Source: Adineta vaga (taxonomy: Eukaryota > Animalia > Rotifera). From it: 64,000 bases of DNA. Under the pieces are notes generated by a model, which ran no database searches, was not told the origin of the DNA, and was given only the letters and a program-made list of their open reading frames with translations. A program made the translations under genes and the position numbers. The stretch lies in contig CP075495.1 in the NCBI GenBank assembly GCA_021613535.1, positions 7,564,001 through 7,628,000 on the forward strand. Reading direction: 5' to 3'. Positions 27,348-40,363 of the stretch are shown here, piece by piece (within the stretch, counting starts at the first letter, position 1; each line of letters begins with the position of its first letter).

Positions 27348-27480
27348 GAAACTAAAGTAGAAGATAAATCAATGATAGAAGATATCGAATATCTAATTAT
27401 TTCTTTGTTTGTTTTATTATTTTTCGAAAACAGATCATCACAGTATTTGAAAAGACAAATAAAGGAAAGAAAAACAATAG

Positions 27481-29473
27481 TTAAAGTTCATTCTTATCCG
27501 TTGATTGCATTGTATTTATATTCGATGAATGTAACCATTCATTAGGAAAGAAAACATTTCGTTCACTATGATGTTTAACAAGAAGTTCATTACGAAAATA
27601 TGCAATTGTTCGATTCAAACCATCGTTTAATGTTACCTGAAAAGTTTCCAAGAGAGATTTTCATTCGTAGCCAAACATAATAGACTTACTTTTGGTGACC
27701 AATTCAACCATGATTGAGCCAATGTTATATCAGGTCGTCGTTGTTTTGGATCATCAATCACAGGATCTTTATAAACGATAGATGCTTGTGATCCTAAAAT
27801 GAATACAAAACACATCAAATGAATGATCTTTTTTTCCAGTTTCTTCACATACCAACAAGATCCTTTATTTTAAATGCAAATTGTTCAATAGTATATTCAT
27901 CCGGATTTCCAATATTCATTGGCATTGAATAATTACTATTCATTAAAGCGATAAGACCGTCAACAAGATCATTGACATATTGAAATGAACGTGTTTGTTT
28001 TCCAGAACCATAGACCTGTTGAACATTAAAAAAAGAAGTTCGGTCTTCATTTTGTTTCATAAGAATTTACATCTTACTGTAATTTGTTCATTCTGAAGTG
28101 CCTGTAAAATAAAATTACTAACCACACGTCCATCATTCATATGCATTCGTGGACCATATGTATTAAAAATACGAGCGATACGAATACTAATTCCTTCCTA
28201 AATAAACAACTGCAAGATTGCTAAATTTTGAGAATCATTGTTTGAACCTGTTGTGCATAAGCATAACACATAGCTTCAGCTACACGTTTCGATTCATCAT
28301 AACATGATCGTGGTCCAAATGGATTAACATTTCCAAAGTATGTTTCTTTTTGTGGATGAACTTCTGGATCTCCATAAACTTCACTTGTAGAAGCAAATAA
28401 TAATCTAGCTCGAACACGACGTGCTAAACCTAATAGAAATATGGATATTCATATTGGAAAAAAATTCTCTTTATCTATATCAATGATATACCTAACATAT
28501 TAATAGTACCGATTGAATTAACTTTAATTGTTTTAACAGGATTATACATATAGTGTGGTGGAGAAGCAGGTGACGCTAAATGATAGATTTGATCAACTAA
28601 AAATAAATGGATATGTTCGTAAGATGAAAATGAATCTTTTGCTGAATTTACCTTCGATATAGAGTGGATTAACAATATCATGATTGATTAATTCAAAATT
28701 TTCATGACCAATCCAATGTTCAATATTACGTTTTCGTCCTGTAAAAAAATTATCAGCCACAATAACTTCATGTCCAGCAAGCATGAGACGATCCACTAGA
28801 TGTGATCCAACAAAACTAGATTGAAGAGAAAATGATATATATATATATCATTTCAAATGAAATAGATTCAGAAAAATCAATACCCAGCTCCACCGGTTAC
28901 CTAAAGGAAAACGTACATAGAAGATCATTTTTTTGGATAATAAAATTATTGAAATACTAACAAGAATACGTTTACGATCTTTGTAACTAAGAAATGTTAC
29001 TTCAGGAAATTGTTGTTGTCTAAATAGCAATCATACATCATAGTTTGGATTTATAACCGATGATTTACTGAGATTCAAGATCTTGTATACGTTTTTCTAA
29101 TGCTTCAATTCTATCTTCTTGACATAAGATCAAATGAAAAACACTAGATGAATAACATAAAACATACATAAATGTAACAATCGATTGGATTACTTTATAA
29201 AAATAAATATATATAGCATAGTTGAAATATAATCTAAATAATTAGCATGAAAATTCACCGTTTTGTTTAAATAATATCAATCTTACTTTGTGTATTTTGA
29301 AGCATTATGGAATCAGATGAAGAAGAAATGAGAAAGTTAATAGATCATTGAGAATTTATACAATCAGATTGAGACATACTAAAGTCGAAATATCAATACT
29401 CAAATATGGAAATTATCACGAAACGAAGCCAATATACAATCAACAGATGTGAACGTGAAAACATACAATACAT
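27481..29473 (-). CDS. UXS1: UDP-glucuronate decarboxylase / UDP-xylose synthase, multi-exon (5' end uncertain)
   Basis: [117 protein letters not shown]. Last exon ends STDKNEL* (stop 27481-27483). The start exon could not be resolved. Confidence 0.92.
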
Positions 29474-29749
29474 CTATATTTGTCATTTCTATTGGTTAAA
29501 CTGAATAAGCAATCAATGCTTTGTCTGCTGTTTCTTTCACTTTCATTCATATAGGAAAGGAATTATTTCAATTTACATTCAATTTCTTTTTTTTTCTTGA
29601 TTCTAAATTAACAATAAAATCGATTAATTCTGGAATATTGATCGTTCAATGTATTTTTTCTTTTGATTCGAACGTTTAGTTATTATAATTTATTGGAAAT
29701 ATGTTAGAAGCGATTAAGATAATATAAAAAAAATGATTTCAAAGTTCAT

Positions 29750-31238
29750 TCAATAATTAAAAACGGCTGCTAATTGTTCTTGTGTAAATTGTTGGCCAAA
29801 TACCACTTCTTCGGACATATGTTCAACTATTCGCTCAAAATCAGCTTTTCTCTAAAGAAATATCAAGCAAACAAATAAGATTGCATTAGATAACATGTAT
29901 AAACAAAAAAGCTAGTAATATTCTTCTATCATGCATCATGCAAAATATTATTTAGTTCATTTTATACTAATAAAATGATTTTACACGAGTATTTTCTGAG
30001 AAAAAATGTAGAAATGCTTCTACTATCTGAAGAGAAAAGTATATGTATATATTCGAGAGACGATTGGTCGTTCAATGATGAATACTTACTCTTGCGTTAG
30101 CAAAAACCTGACCAAAACAAGAGAGAAGAAGAGGATCTTCTCGAACTGATTGAGAAAAATCATTGTCACCCAAACGATTATCATGATCTTTATCCATTTT
30201 TTTCAATGTAATTTCGACTAATTCTTTAATACTTTCATCAAGATCTTCATCACCAGCTTGCTATAAATACGACAAAAAGAAAAACTTGATTTCCTCTGAG
30301 ATGAAATATAATTTTCTACACATACTTTTAAAACACTACTTTTTAGCAATTGAAAGATTTCTTCACGGGTTATATGTTTTTCTCCTTTAAGTGAATAACA
30401 ATTGAATGCAACTGAAAAACAAAGTCCAAAAATATATTTGTCTGTTAATACTTATAATATCGCTTACAGGCAATTTTTTCATCCAATGTTCCACGTAAAT
30501 ATGTATTAAGTCCAACAACCCATTCAAGCATACTAACTTGTCCATCATTATCGCGATCAAATGCTTTGAAAACTAGACAAAACATGAATTCGAAACATTT
30601 TGTTTTACATCATTTGTTTCAATTACCTCGATCCATTAGAATATCATCAGTCATATCGAATGTATTATGTAGAACATCACGAAAGCGAGGTCGATCAATT
30701 TTATCTAAAACAGAATAGTTCTAAGAAAACATAACGATTATTAGAATAGGTTTTACCTTTATCACCACTTTTTGTCAAATGACGAAATATTGTACAAAGG
30801 GATTCGATTTCTTGTTTTGAAACTAAAGATACATTTTATAAATTAATTCCTGTTGACATTTTTTAATACAAGGGACTTACAGTGAAATTTATCTTTTCGC
30901 TTAGCTATTTCGTCTTGTACGTGTTGAATAGCTTTTCGTGAGACAGGTTGAGCCTTACCATGAGTGATACTTTCTAATTTCTAAGAAATCAATTATAGAA
31001 ATTACATAGAAAAGATTTTGTTTGAAAAAGATCACTTCTTACCCATGTATGACGACTATGAATTTTTCGAACGCCTGGTGTTTCGATATTTTGAGATGAT
31101 GATCGACCACTTTTACCCTTTGATGACGACATCTAGTATTTGTAAAAACAAGCCTTCTGTTTCTTTATTTTTTACTGTAAAAAACGACATACATGTATTA
31201 GCCATTAGAACTTGTTGGTGCTTAGAAACGTCCGTCAT
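29750..31238 (-). CDS. EFCAB1: Calaxin / EFCAB1, an EF-hand Ca2+ sensor of ciliary outer-arm dynein
   Basis: Spliced exons give [57 protein letters not shown]...[12 protein letters not shown]...[24 protein letters not shown]...[12 protein letters not shown]. Confidence 0.85.
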
Positions 31239-32342
31239 AATTAGTCGTATCATTTATTAAACTAAGCTTTTATTTACATTGTATAAATTCTGCTTTAATC
31301 TTTCCAACATTTAATTAATATTAAAAAAATTCTTTACAAAACAATAAAACGCTCATAGAGTGCGCTGTATGTACCACATAGCAAAAGAAATCACGATTAA
31401 TAAAAACTTTTCATATCTCCCCATTTTAGTTTCATAGTATTTTCTGAATTATCATTTCATGAAGTTCCCACTTAGTTCACTTAGATTGATCTCAAAGATG
31501 ATCGTATAGAACTTAAAACAAATATGTATTCGGTTCGATTGTTTGCTTGATCCTCATCTTCTTCTCAATGGTATGCTCGCCAAGTATTATCAACGAGAGT
31601 GCATTGATTACATATTAAATATAAAATGAAACTCAATTCATCCTCATTATTACAGATAACCTTGACACTTGTGATGCATTACATCAAGTTATAAAAGCAC
31701 AAAAAAAAATTGAATATTTTCATTGAACAAATTTAAAAGAGTAGAAGACCTATGTTATACTTATACACACAATGTAATCAATCGTGTGATCATGTGTGTA
31801 TTACAATGCGTACATAAAACTACAAGATTGCTCGAAAGAGTCCAACCACTCAAAGTCATTTTTTCACACGTACGTGTGTTGATAATAATTTAACACATAT
31901 CAGTAGACGGTAAAAATCAGATTGTACAGTAGTGACATCTATAAGATTATTATCGCTAAAATTATCTTGTCTTTAAAATGTTATTAGATTGAAATATCTT
32001 ATCATGCTCGTTGCTTTACCTACACGATAGAAAAGTGAAAATCATAAACAAAAAACAGCGTCATCTATCTGCCATCTTGTCTCATTTGTTTCTAAATAAA
32101 CTAATATGACTTATGATTGTCGGCGATCAATAACAGACCTATTATTAGATATTACAGAAACACATTTAAAAACGAGTTCTACAGTACTTAAAAGTCATCT
32201 GGAGATTTCGAAATGTCAAATCCTCATTTTCAAAATTCATGTCAATCGTAACAAATGTCTTGAGTCTTTATTTTCCATGTTATTTGTGGAAAGACAGAGC
32301 ATGAAATTCTTTGGATTTGTTGTAGATTGACTATTGATTATC

Positions 32343-32906
32343 ATGGCGTCCAAAATCCTTAAAGCGGTATATAAATTCTTTGAATAATGTATTTTTTCTA
32401 AGAAGTTTTGTTTTCTAGACGACAAATATTACCGGACTGAGTGTTTCTAAAGATCCACATTATGTATGTGATGTGTTCTTACTGATTTTTATCACAAACG
32501 TGATCTTTTTATAGGCATTAAAACTGCTTTATGGAAAAATTTTACGTGATCTTAAAAAGTTTCCTACTGCATCAGCATATAGAAAATACACGGAAGATAC
32601 AATTAATTCACGTCTTTCTCATGTAGAAAATGTACGTAATTTGAAAGAAAATCATTTCTTAGAAGTTATTCTATTTCAAATCTAGGAAACAAATATCGCT
32701 CGTCTTGAACGTAAGATCAATTGCGGTCAAATCGAAGAAGTTATTGTACAAGTAATGAAAAGATATCTAATTAATACAAAATAAAATAGTCTGTTTCCTA
32801 GGCGGAAAATGAACTTATGTGTGTGCGTCGAATGGCTTTAAATGATGTGTGGGAACCATTAATCGATCAAGCTCCACCAAATCAATGGAAATGGCCTATT
32901 GTTTAA
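32343..32906 (+). CDS. NDUFA5: NADH dehydrogenase 1 alpha subcomplex subunit 5 (5 exons)
   Basis: MASKILKA|TTNITGLSV...|ALKLLYGKIL...AYRKYTE...|LERKINCGQIEEVIVQ|AENEL...WEPLIDQAPPNQWKWPIV*. Confidence 0.92.
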
Positions 32907-33089
32907 AACAAACTCTTTTTTTTCTTTTTTTATAGTATAGTCTTTTTCTTTCTTTCTTTCTTTCTCTTTCTCTCTCTCTTTTCTCTATGATTATAGAAAC
33001 CCATTAAAATGTACCACCTTTTGTTTTTTAGATATATATGTATTGAATTAAAAGCAGTAACGAATTAGACTATTGTTAATTTCTCATGT

Positions 33090-34630
33090 ATGTCTGATTC
33101 GTCAAAAATAATCGAGAATGATGATGATGACGATGAACCACTTGATCCTCGAATCCAGGTATGAAATTCATCACTATTTATCATTAGTTATTAATCATTT
33201 ATGATTAGATTGAATTGGAACGTGCTAATGTTGCAACCAGTGATATAAATAATCTTGAAACTCAATTAGAAGTATGATTCATTTTCTTAACTATAAAAAT
33301 ATCTTATCGAATAATTTTCGTTTCCGAAAAGGATGCTCAAAAGTTATTTCAAATTAGTTTTACTCACTGTAAACAACACTTAGCTAATCTATCAAAAACA
33401 CTTGGTCGTTGTGTTGAACGTGCACGACCATATTATGATATTTGTAAACAAGCAAAAGAAGTTCGTTCAATAGTTCTATTGATATAAATTATTGAAATTT
33501 GATGCATTCTTTATTCTATAGGCTCAAATAGAAACTCAAAAGGCTGCTCAAGAATATCAAAATTCCGTCGAATTATATTGTACAGCAAAAGAAAATTTAA
33601 CTCTTGCTGAAAGTAAATTATCTCAATCAGATCCCATCACTCGACAAGAATATGTTGATCACACAACTCGACAAGTAAACTATCCTTTTTGATAAATGTA
33701 TTCAAGTATTTATTTTCTTATCTGTAGGTGACGCAAGCTCAACGAGATAAGATTCGTTATGAACGAATACATGCAGAAAAATCTAAACTCTATCAAGAAT
33801 ATGAACAGCAAAGAATATCACTCTCTGGATCATTGACAAGAACAATTATTAAATCAAAGTATGATACAAATGTAAATGTGACGAATATCATTATGTGTAT
33901 ATTTTAGACCTTATTTCGATGCAAAAGCCAAAGCAGAGAATGAACTAAAAGTACGAAAAGATTATGATTGATTAATTGAAAAGTTCTTATTTATATAGAA
34001 TCAAAAACTTCGGATTGAAGACGTACAAAAAGCGATCATTCAAGCGAAGAAAACCTATCGAACAGCATTGAATAACCTTGAACAAATCTCCGAAGAAGTA
34101 AGAAATGTTCATCATTCGAATAGTATGATATATTTCATTTGCTTTAGATTCATATTAAGCGTAAAAATCAGATCCCAATTAAACTTCCTCCACGAGAACC
34201 AGGTGTTGGTGCAGAAAAACCTGATGAGTTTATTGAATTATCTAGTCTTGGTAATTTCAATCTAATTTTTTTTCTCCATTTAATCTTTCGATTTCTCTTA
34301 GAATCAACTGAATTTGTCAAGATCGATCTTTCGGATGATTCATCCGATAGTGATCTTTCAAAATCAGCAAGTACGACTTGCATGCATTCCTCATCTAATA
34401 TAGATCTTTTCAACACTAACGCATCGATTTTAACTAAGAACTGTTCAACTCATTTAACTTTACAAACAAATGCATGTGTAAATGATAAACATGAACGTAT
34501 GCGTAAAAAGTCTGGTAAAATAAAATCAACACGAATGATTATGAATATTGAAACACCATTGCTTTCACATCTTCTCGGCACACAGAAATTCCATAGTGAT
34601 TCAAATATAAATTTAATAACTAAAAAATAA
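33090..34630 (+). CDS. SH3BP5: SH3 domain-binding protein 5 (Sab/parcas family Rab11 GEF)
   Basis: EPLDPRIQ|IELERANVATSDINNLE...LGRCVERARPYYD...TQKAAQEYQ...IIKSK|PYFD...KKTYRTALNNLEQISEE|IH...REPGVGAE. Confidence 0.88.
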
Positions 34631-35624
34631 ATTCCCTACTAAAAAGCTTTCTCTTTTTTTCTCTTCATTCTTGTCCTCTCCTTCTAACGCTTTCATATAG
34701 CATGATGATTGATTTAACATAAAAATTCTTTTTTTTCTGATATTGTTTTCTTTTGTTCTTTACATATTGTTTATTTTTGTGAATAATTGAATTGATCTGA
34801 CGAAATCTTTTGTTTGTATTTTAGATTAGAAACATAGCTATATTTATTGAAATATCAAGAATGAATCGATCTGTTTTATAGGTATAGTATAGTATAAACA
34901 GAATCTTTTGATTCGATTCATCGAAAATATCTGATCATAGATCCTTGAAATTCCATCGCGTTGTGTTTTTAATCAGTAATAACAAAAATATGTGCTATTC
35001 TCCAACTCAGTTTATAATCGTTAATGTTCGACTTTTACATTTTCTATAGTCATTTTTCATAATCATCGAACAATATCTGTATGCAATGGTTACTATTTTT
35101 TTGACGATGTTTGCTGCATCTTTTGTATGACTAATATAGTATGTGTTGGATATGAATCATAATATCTAATCATCAAAGAGCGAATCGTTTTCTATTGATT
35201 CTTTTTTTCTCAGTACAGTTACCTGTCTTTGTTCTTTTATAATCACATTTCATGAAAACAGACATGACTAATAGCAAATGTTTTTTTCTTTCTTTCTATT
35301 ATAAAAATAAAACGGTCGATTTGAATGTATAATAAAAAAGTTAATTTATCGTCTTTTTTAGTTAAATGTCTGATAATATTCCGTGGAAAAATTTCTCATT
35401 CTACGTAGCAAAAACAAACATGTGTTTATATAAATCCTTGATTAATCTCGTTTTTTTTGCATTCCTTTTCTTTTTCGTTATCAATCATTTGTATTCCGAG
35501 GACTCGTGCATACCAGTATTATAATCACCCTATCGAGGATGATTATACTAACCATATGCAAAGAAAAGAATGATAATTAAATTTTCTATTTTTTTCCCTA
35601 TTAAAATCAAATAGCTATTTTCCA

Positions 35625-37014
35625 ATGATTATGGAATCTTTTCTAGATGATAGTTTTACAAAAACATTGCCAATGACAAGTCGAAATTTAACTTCAAATT
35701 TTTTGGAATTTCGAAATCGTGCTGCACGAGATAGAAATTTCCATCTTGATGATAAAGTATGTGTTTTTTATCTCTACGTGAGAGAGAGAGAGAGCGAGCA
35801 ACTGATGCCTTTACTTATCTAGTCTAATGATGATCGAACGGCATTAATTCAAAATGAAGACGATGAAGTTGTACAATTCGAAACGGGAAATAAGCCATCA
35901 TGGTATTTATGTTCTTGCGAATTTGGTTTGCAACTTTTGATTGATTTAGGATGGAATCTCAACGTCGACTACAATTGCAATTCGATCAAGTTCGAAGTCG
36001 AAGTAAGGCCATATTAAATCAAATGACATCATAATCTTCATTGTCCAATCAATTTCGTAGTGAAAAAACTTCAACAACTACATGATAAACATTTAACAAG
36101 ACCTGATTTTGATGAAAATTCGAGTGAAGAAAAAGAAATTGAGACTATTACGAAAGACATTACTTCAGTAAGTTTGAACTTTTGTTTTTCTTTAGTAATC
36201 ATAAGATTTGCATTTATTTTTCTATCGATTAGTTATTAAATGGATGTCATGCATCTGTACAACAACTTTCAGCTTATGCAATGAAATCACAAGCTAATAC
36301 ATATGATAAAAGTTTATCTTCTAATGTTGTACAAGCAACAGCAAGTGCTTTACAAGATCTAACGATAAAATTTCGTAAATGTCAGTCTACTTATCTTCAT
36401 AGTAAGTATTTTATAATATATATATTTTCTTTTGTAATCTATCATTGCTTGTCAATTTAGAGTTAAAATCTCGTAAAGAAAATTTCAATCGTATTATGCC
36501 TGATCTCGAAATCGATATGCATTCCAATCCATTTGGTGATCAAGATGATCCTGATAAAAATTTTGATCAAATATCTGTCTGTATTTGTTCTTTTGAAATT
36601 CGTATCTATTCATGTTTCTTTCTATTTAGTTAACTTCCGAAGATCAACTACAATTAACTTCTCAAAATGTTGAATTCTTAGAAAAACGTGATAAAGAAAT
36701 ACGTGAAGTATTACGATCTATTGAAGATGTTAATGAAATCTTTCGTGATGTTGCAGCATTAATTTCTAATCAAGTTCGATCTTTGCATTTTTCTCAAAGA
36801 ATTTAAGAAAAATTTTAATTTTCTATAGGGAACAATTCTCGATCAAATAGAATATAATATAGAAAATACTGTTGTACAACTTGAACAAGGAAACAAACAT
36901 TTAGTTAAAGCAGTTGAACATAAACGACGTGGTCTCAAATGTAAATTAATTTTAATTGGTTCTGTTGTATCCGTCTTATTATTTATCTTATTCGTTGGAA
37001 TTATATCCAGATAG
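35625..37014 (+). CDS. STX16: Syntaxin-16 (Qa SNARE)
   Basis: N-peptide MTSRNLTSNFLEFRN, LHDKHLTRPDFDE, FRKCQSTYL, SNARE motif RDKEIREVLRSIEDVNEIFRDVAALISNQGTILDQIEYNIE, and a C-terminal TM helix. Confidence 0.88.
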
Positions 37015-37296
37015 AACTGAATATATATATAGATGCATTTTTTGCTGTTGTTGTTCTATTCTTCGATAATCTCATTTGAAACCTCCTGAAAAAAGCCAAG
37101 TATAATATTTTTTGTTTCTTATTCACAAACTTCTATTTATTGTCATTTCAATATCAAACGTTGTTGTTTCGTTTGTGTAATTCTTTGTTTTATCTTTTCT
37201 TTTCATTCGAAAAACAAAACAAAATTCCTGGTTATGAAGATCTTCTATTTATTATTATTGTTGTTGTTTTCTTTTCTTTTTCAGATCAGTTTCAAA

Positions 37297-38779
37297 ATGT
37301 TCAAGATATATTTAGTTTTTCTTATCGGATTATTATCTGCAACAATGATTGAATGTGATATTACAAATCTTAATGAATTTTTTGGTACCGTTAAACAAAA
37401 TGAATCTTTCGAACAGCCAGTTGGATTTCTTAGTCGAACAAATTTCGAAGTTGTCAAACGATACTTACCTAAAAATATCAAACCTATACTATTTCAAAAT
37501 AAAAGTCAACTATTAAATGCAATTGATAATAACACCATTCTTGGTATGAAAATATTCATAATGATTTGAATTGATTAGCAAAATATTCTCTTTTTTTCTT
37601 TCAGCTGGTGTAACAACAGGTCGATTAGCACAAGATCTAGAACCACGTTATCATGTTTTTTCTTCATTAATTGTTTCTCCACAAGCTATGCTTTTAACAC
37701 CGAATTATGATGAACGATCAACACCGTATGGCTTTCGAAATCAAGCAAATAATGATCTATTCGATGCCCTCAATGCTGCTATAGCTGGAATGCAAGAAGC
37801 AGATACGGATGAAACATTACTTTCTCTAAATAATCGAACAGATTTAATTCGTGCATATACATGCCGACAAAGTACTCAATTACCAGTACAAAATCGTAAT
37901 GAAACAAGTGGTTTTCTTCGAGATATTCTAATTGATAAAAAACCACTATTAATTGGTGGTCTTGGTCCATTTGATTGGGGCACACATGATGGAAATTATA
38001 ATTTAGATCCACCAACAGGTTTTTACCCAAAATTACTTGAAGAAATTGTCAAACAAATTGGTAAATTAAAAGGAGCTGATGGTAATGTTTATGGTGAAGG
38101 TATTAGTTTCAAACGAATACACTATACAAATGAATCTGGACTTTTTAAAGCTCTACTAAATGGAACTATTTATGCAACAGATGTTTATTTACTCGTCGAT
38201 GGTTCTTATAATGGTACGCGAGAAACATGTTCAAATAACACTCAATGTCGAACAGGAGAATCGTGTGATAAGGAAGTTTGTACATATCCAACACGACCAC
38301 GATATCTTCATTTTCGTACAACATGTACAACAGCAAGTCGTGATACAAAATTTATTACAAAAAAGGTATGTTCTGATTTCTTTTTTTTCCTACAAAATCA
38401 TTTCATTTGTCATATGAATAGAGAAGAAATGATGATATCTTTTTTCTGTCACAGCTGTTTCTATGAATTGTGATTTTTTTCAATGTACTTTTAGAATAAT
38501 GGAATGATAGTTATTCCAAATAATACAACTCGTGAAACACCAAAAACACGTTGGATTGGTTATGTTTTAGTATTTGTTGCTCTTTTTGGTACAATGTTTC
38601 TTATTTTACTTGTGCTCATACGGCGAAAGACAAATTTTCGTATACAACATACATTACAAGGTGGTTTTGGAAAATTTGCTCGTCTTCAAGAAGAAGCTGA
38701 GCCACCAATGGATGGTATTGATGCATTTGAAGATCATATTGTACAATCACCCAGAGACAACAGTAATTCAACATCTTAA
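37297..38779 (+). CDS. Uncharacterised type I membrane protein with a putative solute-binding-protein (PBP2/SBP_bac_3-like) ectodomain; exons 37297-37543, 37605-38365, 38495-38779
   Basis: Signal peptide MFKIYLVFLIGLLSATMIEC; SBP-like segments; a small Cys-rich module; TM helix WIGYVLVFVALFGTMFLILLVLI followed by RRK; acidic tail. Both introns are GT-AG and keep the frame. The gene model is solid; the fold is inferred by eye. Confidence 0.7.
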
Positions 38780-38787
38780 ATGAACAG

Positions 38788-38861
38788 GCTCTTGTGGCGC
38801 AATTGGTTAGCGCGTTCGGCTGTTAACCGGAAGGCTGGTGGTTCGAGCCCACCCAGGAGCG
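38788..38861 (+). tRNA. tRNA-Asn (GTT)
   Basis: Acceptor GCTCTTG/CAGGAGC+G, A box TGGCGCAATTGG, anticodon arm TTCGG-CTGTTAA-CCGGA, T arm GGTGG-TTCGAGC-CCACC, followed by an oligo-T Pol III terminator. Confidence 0.96.
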
Positions 38862-39258
38862 TTACTTTTTTTTCCTAATTTCTACTTCTGAACAGTTTTT
38901 ATCTTTCTCTTTCATCATTTTTCCAATGACCGAATGCGAATCTCTGTGTAACAGTCTTATTTCTAGCTTTGTGTATCTATTATAATGGAAAAACAAATAT
39001 TCTTTTAGCTGTGATAGATCTTCGTAAATCTATTTGTGCGCTATATTATTCATCTTATTCTTTGCCTTTTGCTTGTGTATTCTTTGTATTCGTATATTAA
39101 TATTCTCATCCGGTTAGATATTTTAATAAACGAAAACAAAATTGCAAAGAAAACATCTTGTAAAATTTCGAATATAATTTTTGATTGTGATTGATGTCTC
39201 TATTCAGAGTAATAAGAAAAACACAATTTATATAGAGAAAGAAATCTCATTTGAGCAT

Positions 39259-39332
39259 GCTCTTGTGGCGCAATTGGTTAGCGCGTTCGGCTGTTAACCG
39301 GAAGGCTGGTGGTTCGAGCCCACCCAGGAGCG
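39259..39332 (+). tRNA. tRNA-Asn (GTT), identical second copy
   Basis: Same 74 nt and the same ttac-oligo(T) trailer as 38788-38861. Confidence 0.96.
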
Positions 39333-39790
39333 TTACTTTTTTTCTGCAAAAATTTTTTTTTAATCGATAGGATGGTTATAAATCTTATTCTTTCATTTTC
39401 GAAGTAGTTTTTTTAAAGTTTCAAAGTTCGAAAAAGCTTGATTTTTACATAAAAATAACTTCAACATCAATACATACGTGTTACTGTATACTAAATTTGA
39501 AGAAATAGAGATGTATCAATAATGGAATGATTTTGTTTATGTTTGATGAGTATTGCACAAAGGAAGAGGATTACATTATAAAATTCTCAAGATATGTATC
39601 ATTCATTAGTTTCTCTATTCGAAGTTTACTTGATAAAAGCTTTATTCTCTACCTTTTTTGCAGTAAAGATAAAGTGCATCTACCGTAGTTTATTATAATA
39701 TAAACATTGTTGTATAAAATCGTTCACTCCTTTTACGCTTCACTGATTGTTTGATAAAATTTCAAGTCGGTCACAACGACGACGTGAAAG

Positions 39791-40363
39791 ATGAAGAAAA
39801 GTAACGACCAAAAGAATAATATTATACAACGCTTATTTACTTCAACATTAAAATTTACAAAAAATAACAATGAGACTCATTTGAAACCATTAGATTATCA
39901 GTTCAATTATGAATTACCTGAAAGTTTCCTCAAAGCTGTCGACAGTGCTCGTATCAAAGCGGGATATGATATTCTACCTCGTCCTCTTCATCATCACCAA
40001 TCAACTTCACCATCATTATCATCCTCTTCATCAGCTCATGATACTTATAAATATCTTCAAACAGTTTCTGAAATCTTTCGTTCAACATCTCATGATGATG
40101 TTCCTCGGATTTCAACGAAAAAAATTCAATTTCGTCGAACACCTCGTGAAAAAGTTCAACAACAGCATCATCACAACAACAGCACCTGCTTTACTTTCAC
40201 CTCAACCAACAACATTTCGAATGATGATGCCGCAAAATTTCATGATGATGAATCGTTGTCGTCGACCTTTACATTTTATGCCAATGCAATCTCCACTACA
40301 TATGCAACAACAACGACGACCAATATTCCGAATAAGATTTTGATAATAAAAAGAAATATTTAA
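39791..40363 (+). CDS. Hypothetical protein, 190 aa, Ser/Thr/His-rich
   Basis: Uninterrupted ORF with coding-like composition in very AT-rich flanks; no recognisable motif. Confidence 0.45.
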   Translation: MKKSNDQKNNIIQRLFTSTLKFTKNNNETHLKPLDYQFNYELPESFLKAVDSARIKAGYDILPRPLHHHQSTSPSLSSSSSAHDTYKYLQTVSEIFRSTSHDDVPRISTKKIQFRRTPREKVQQQHHHNNSTCFTFTSTNNISNDDAAKFHDDESLSSTFTFYANAISTTYATTTTTNIPNKILIIKRNI

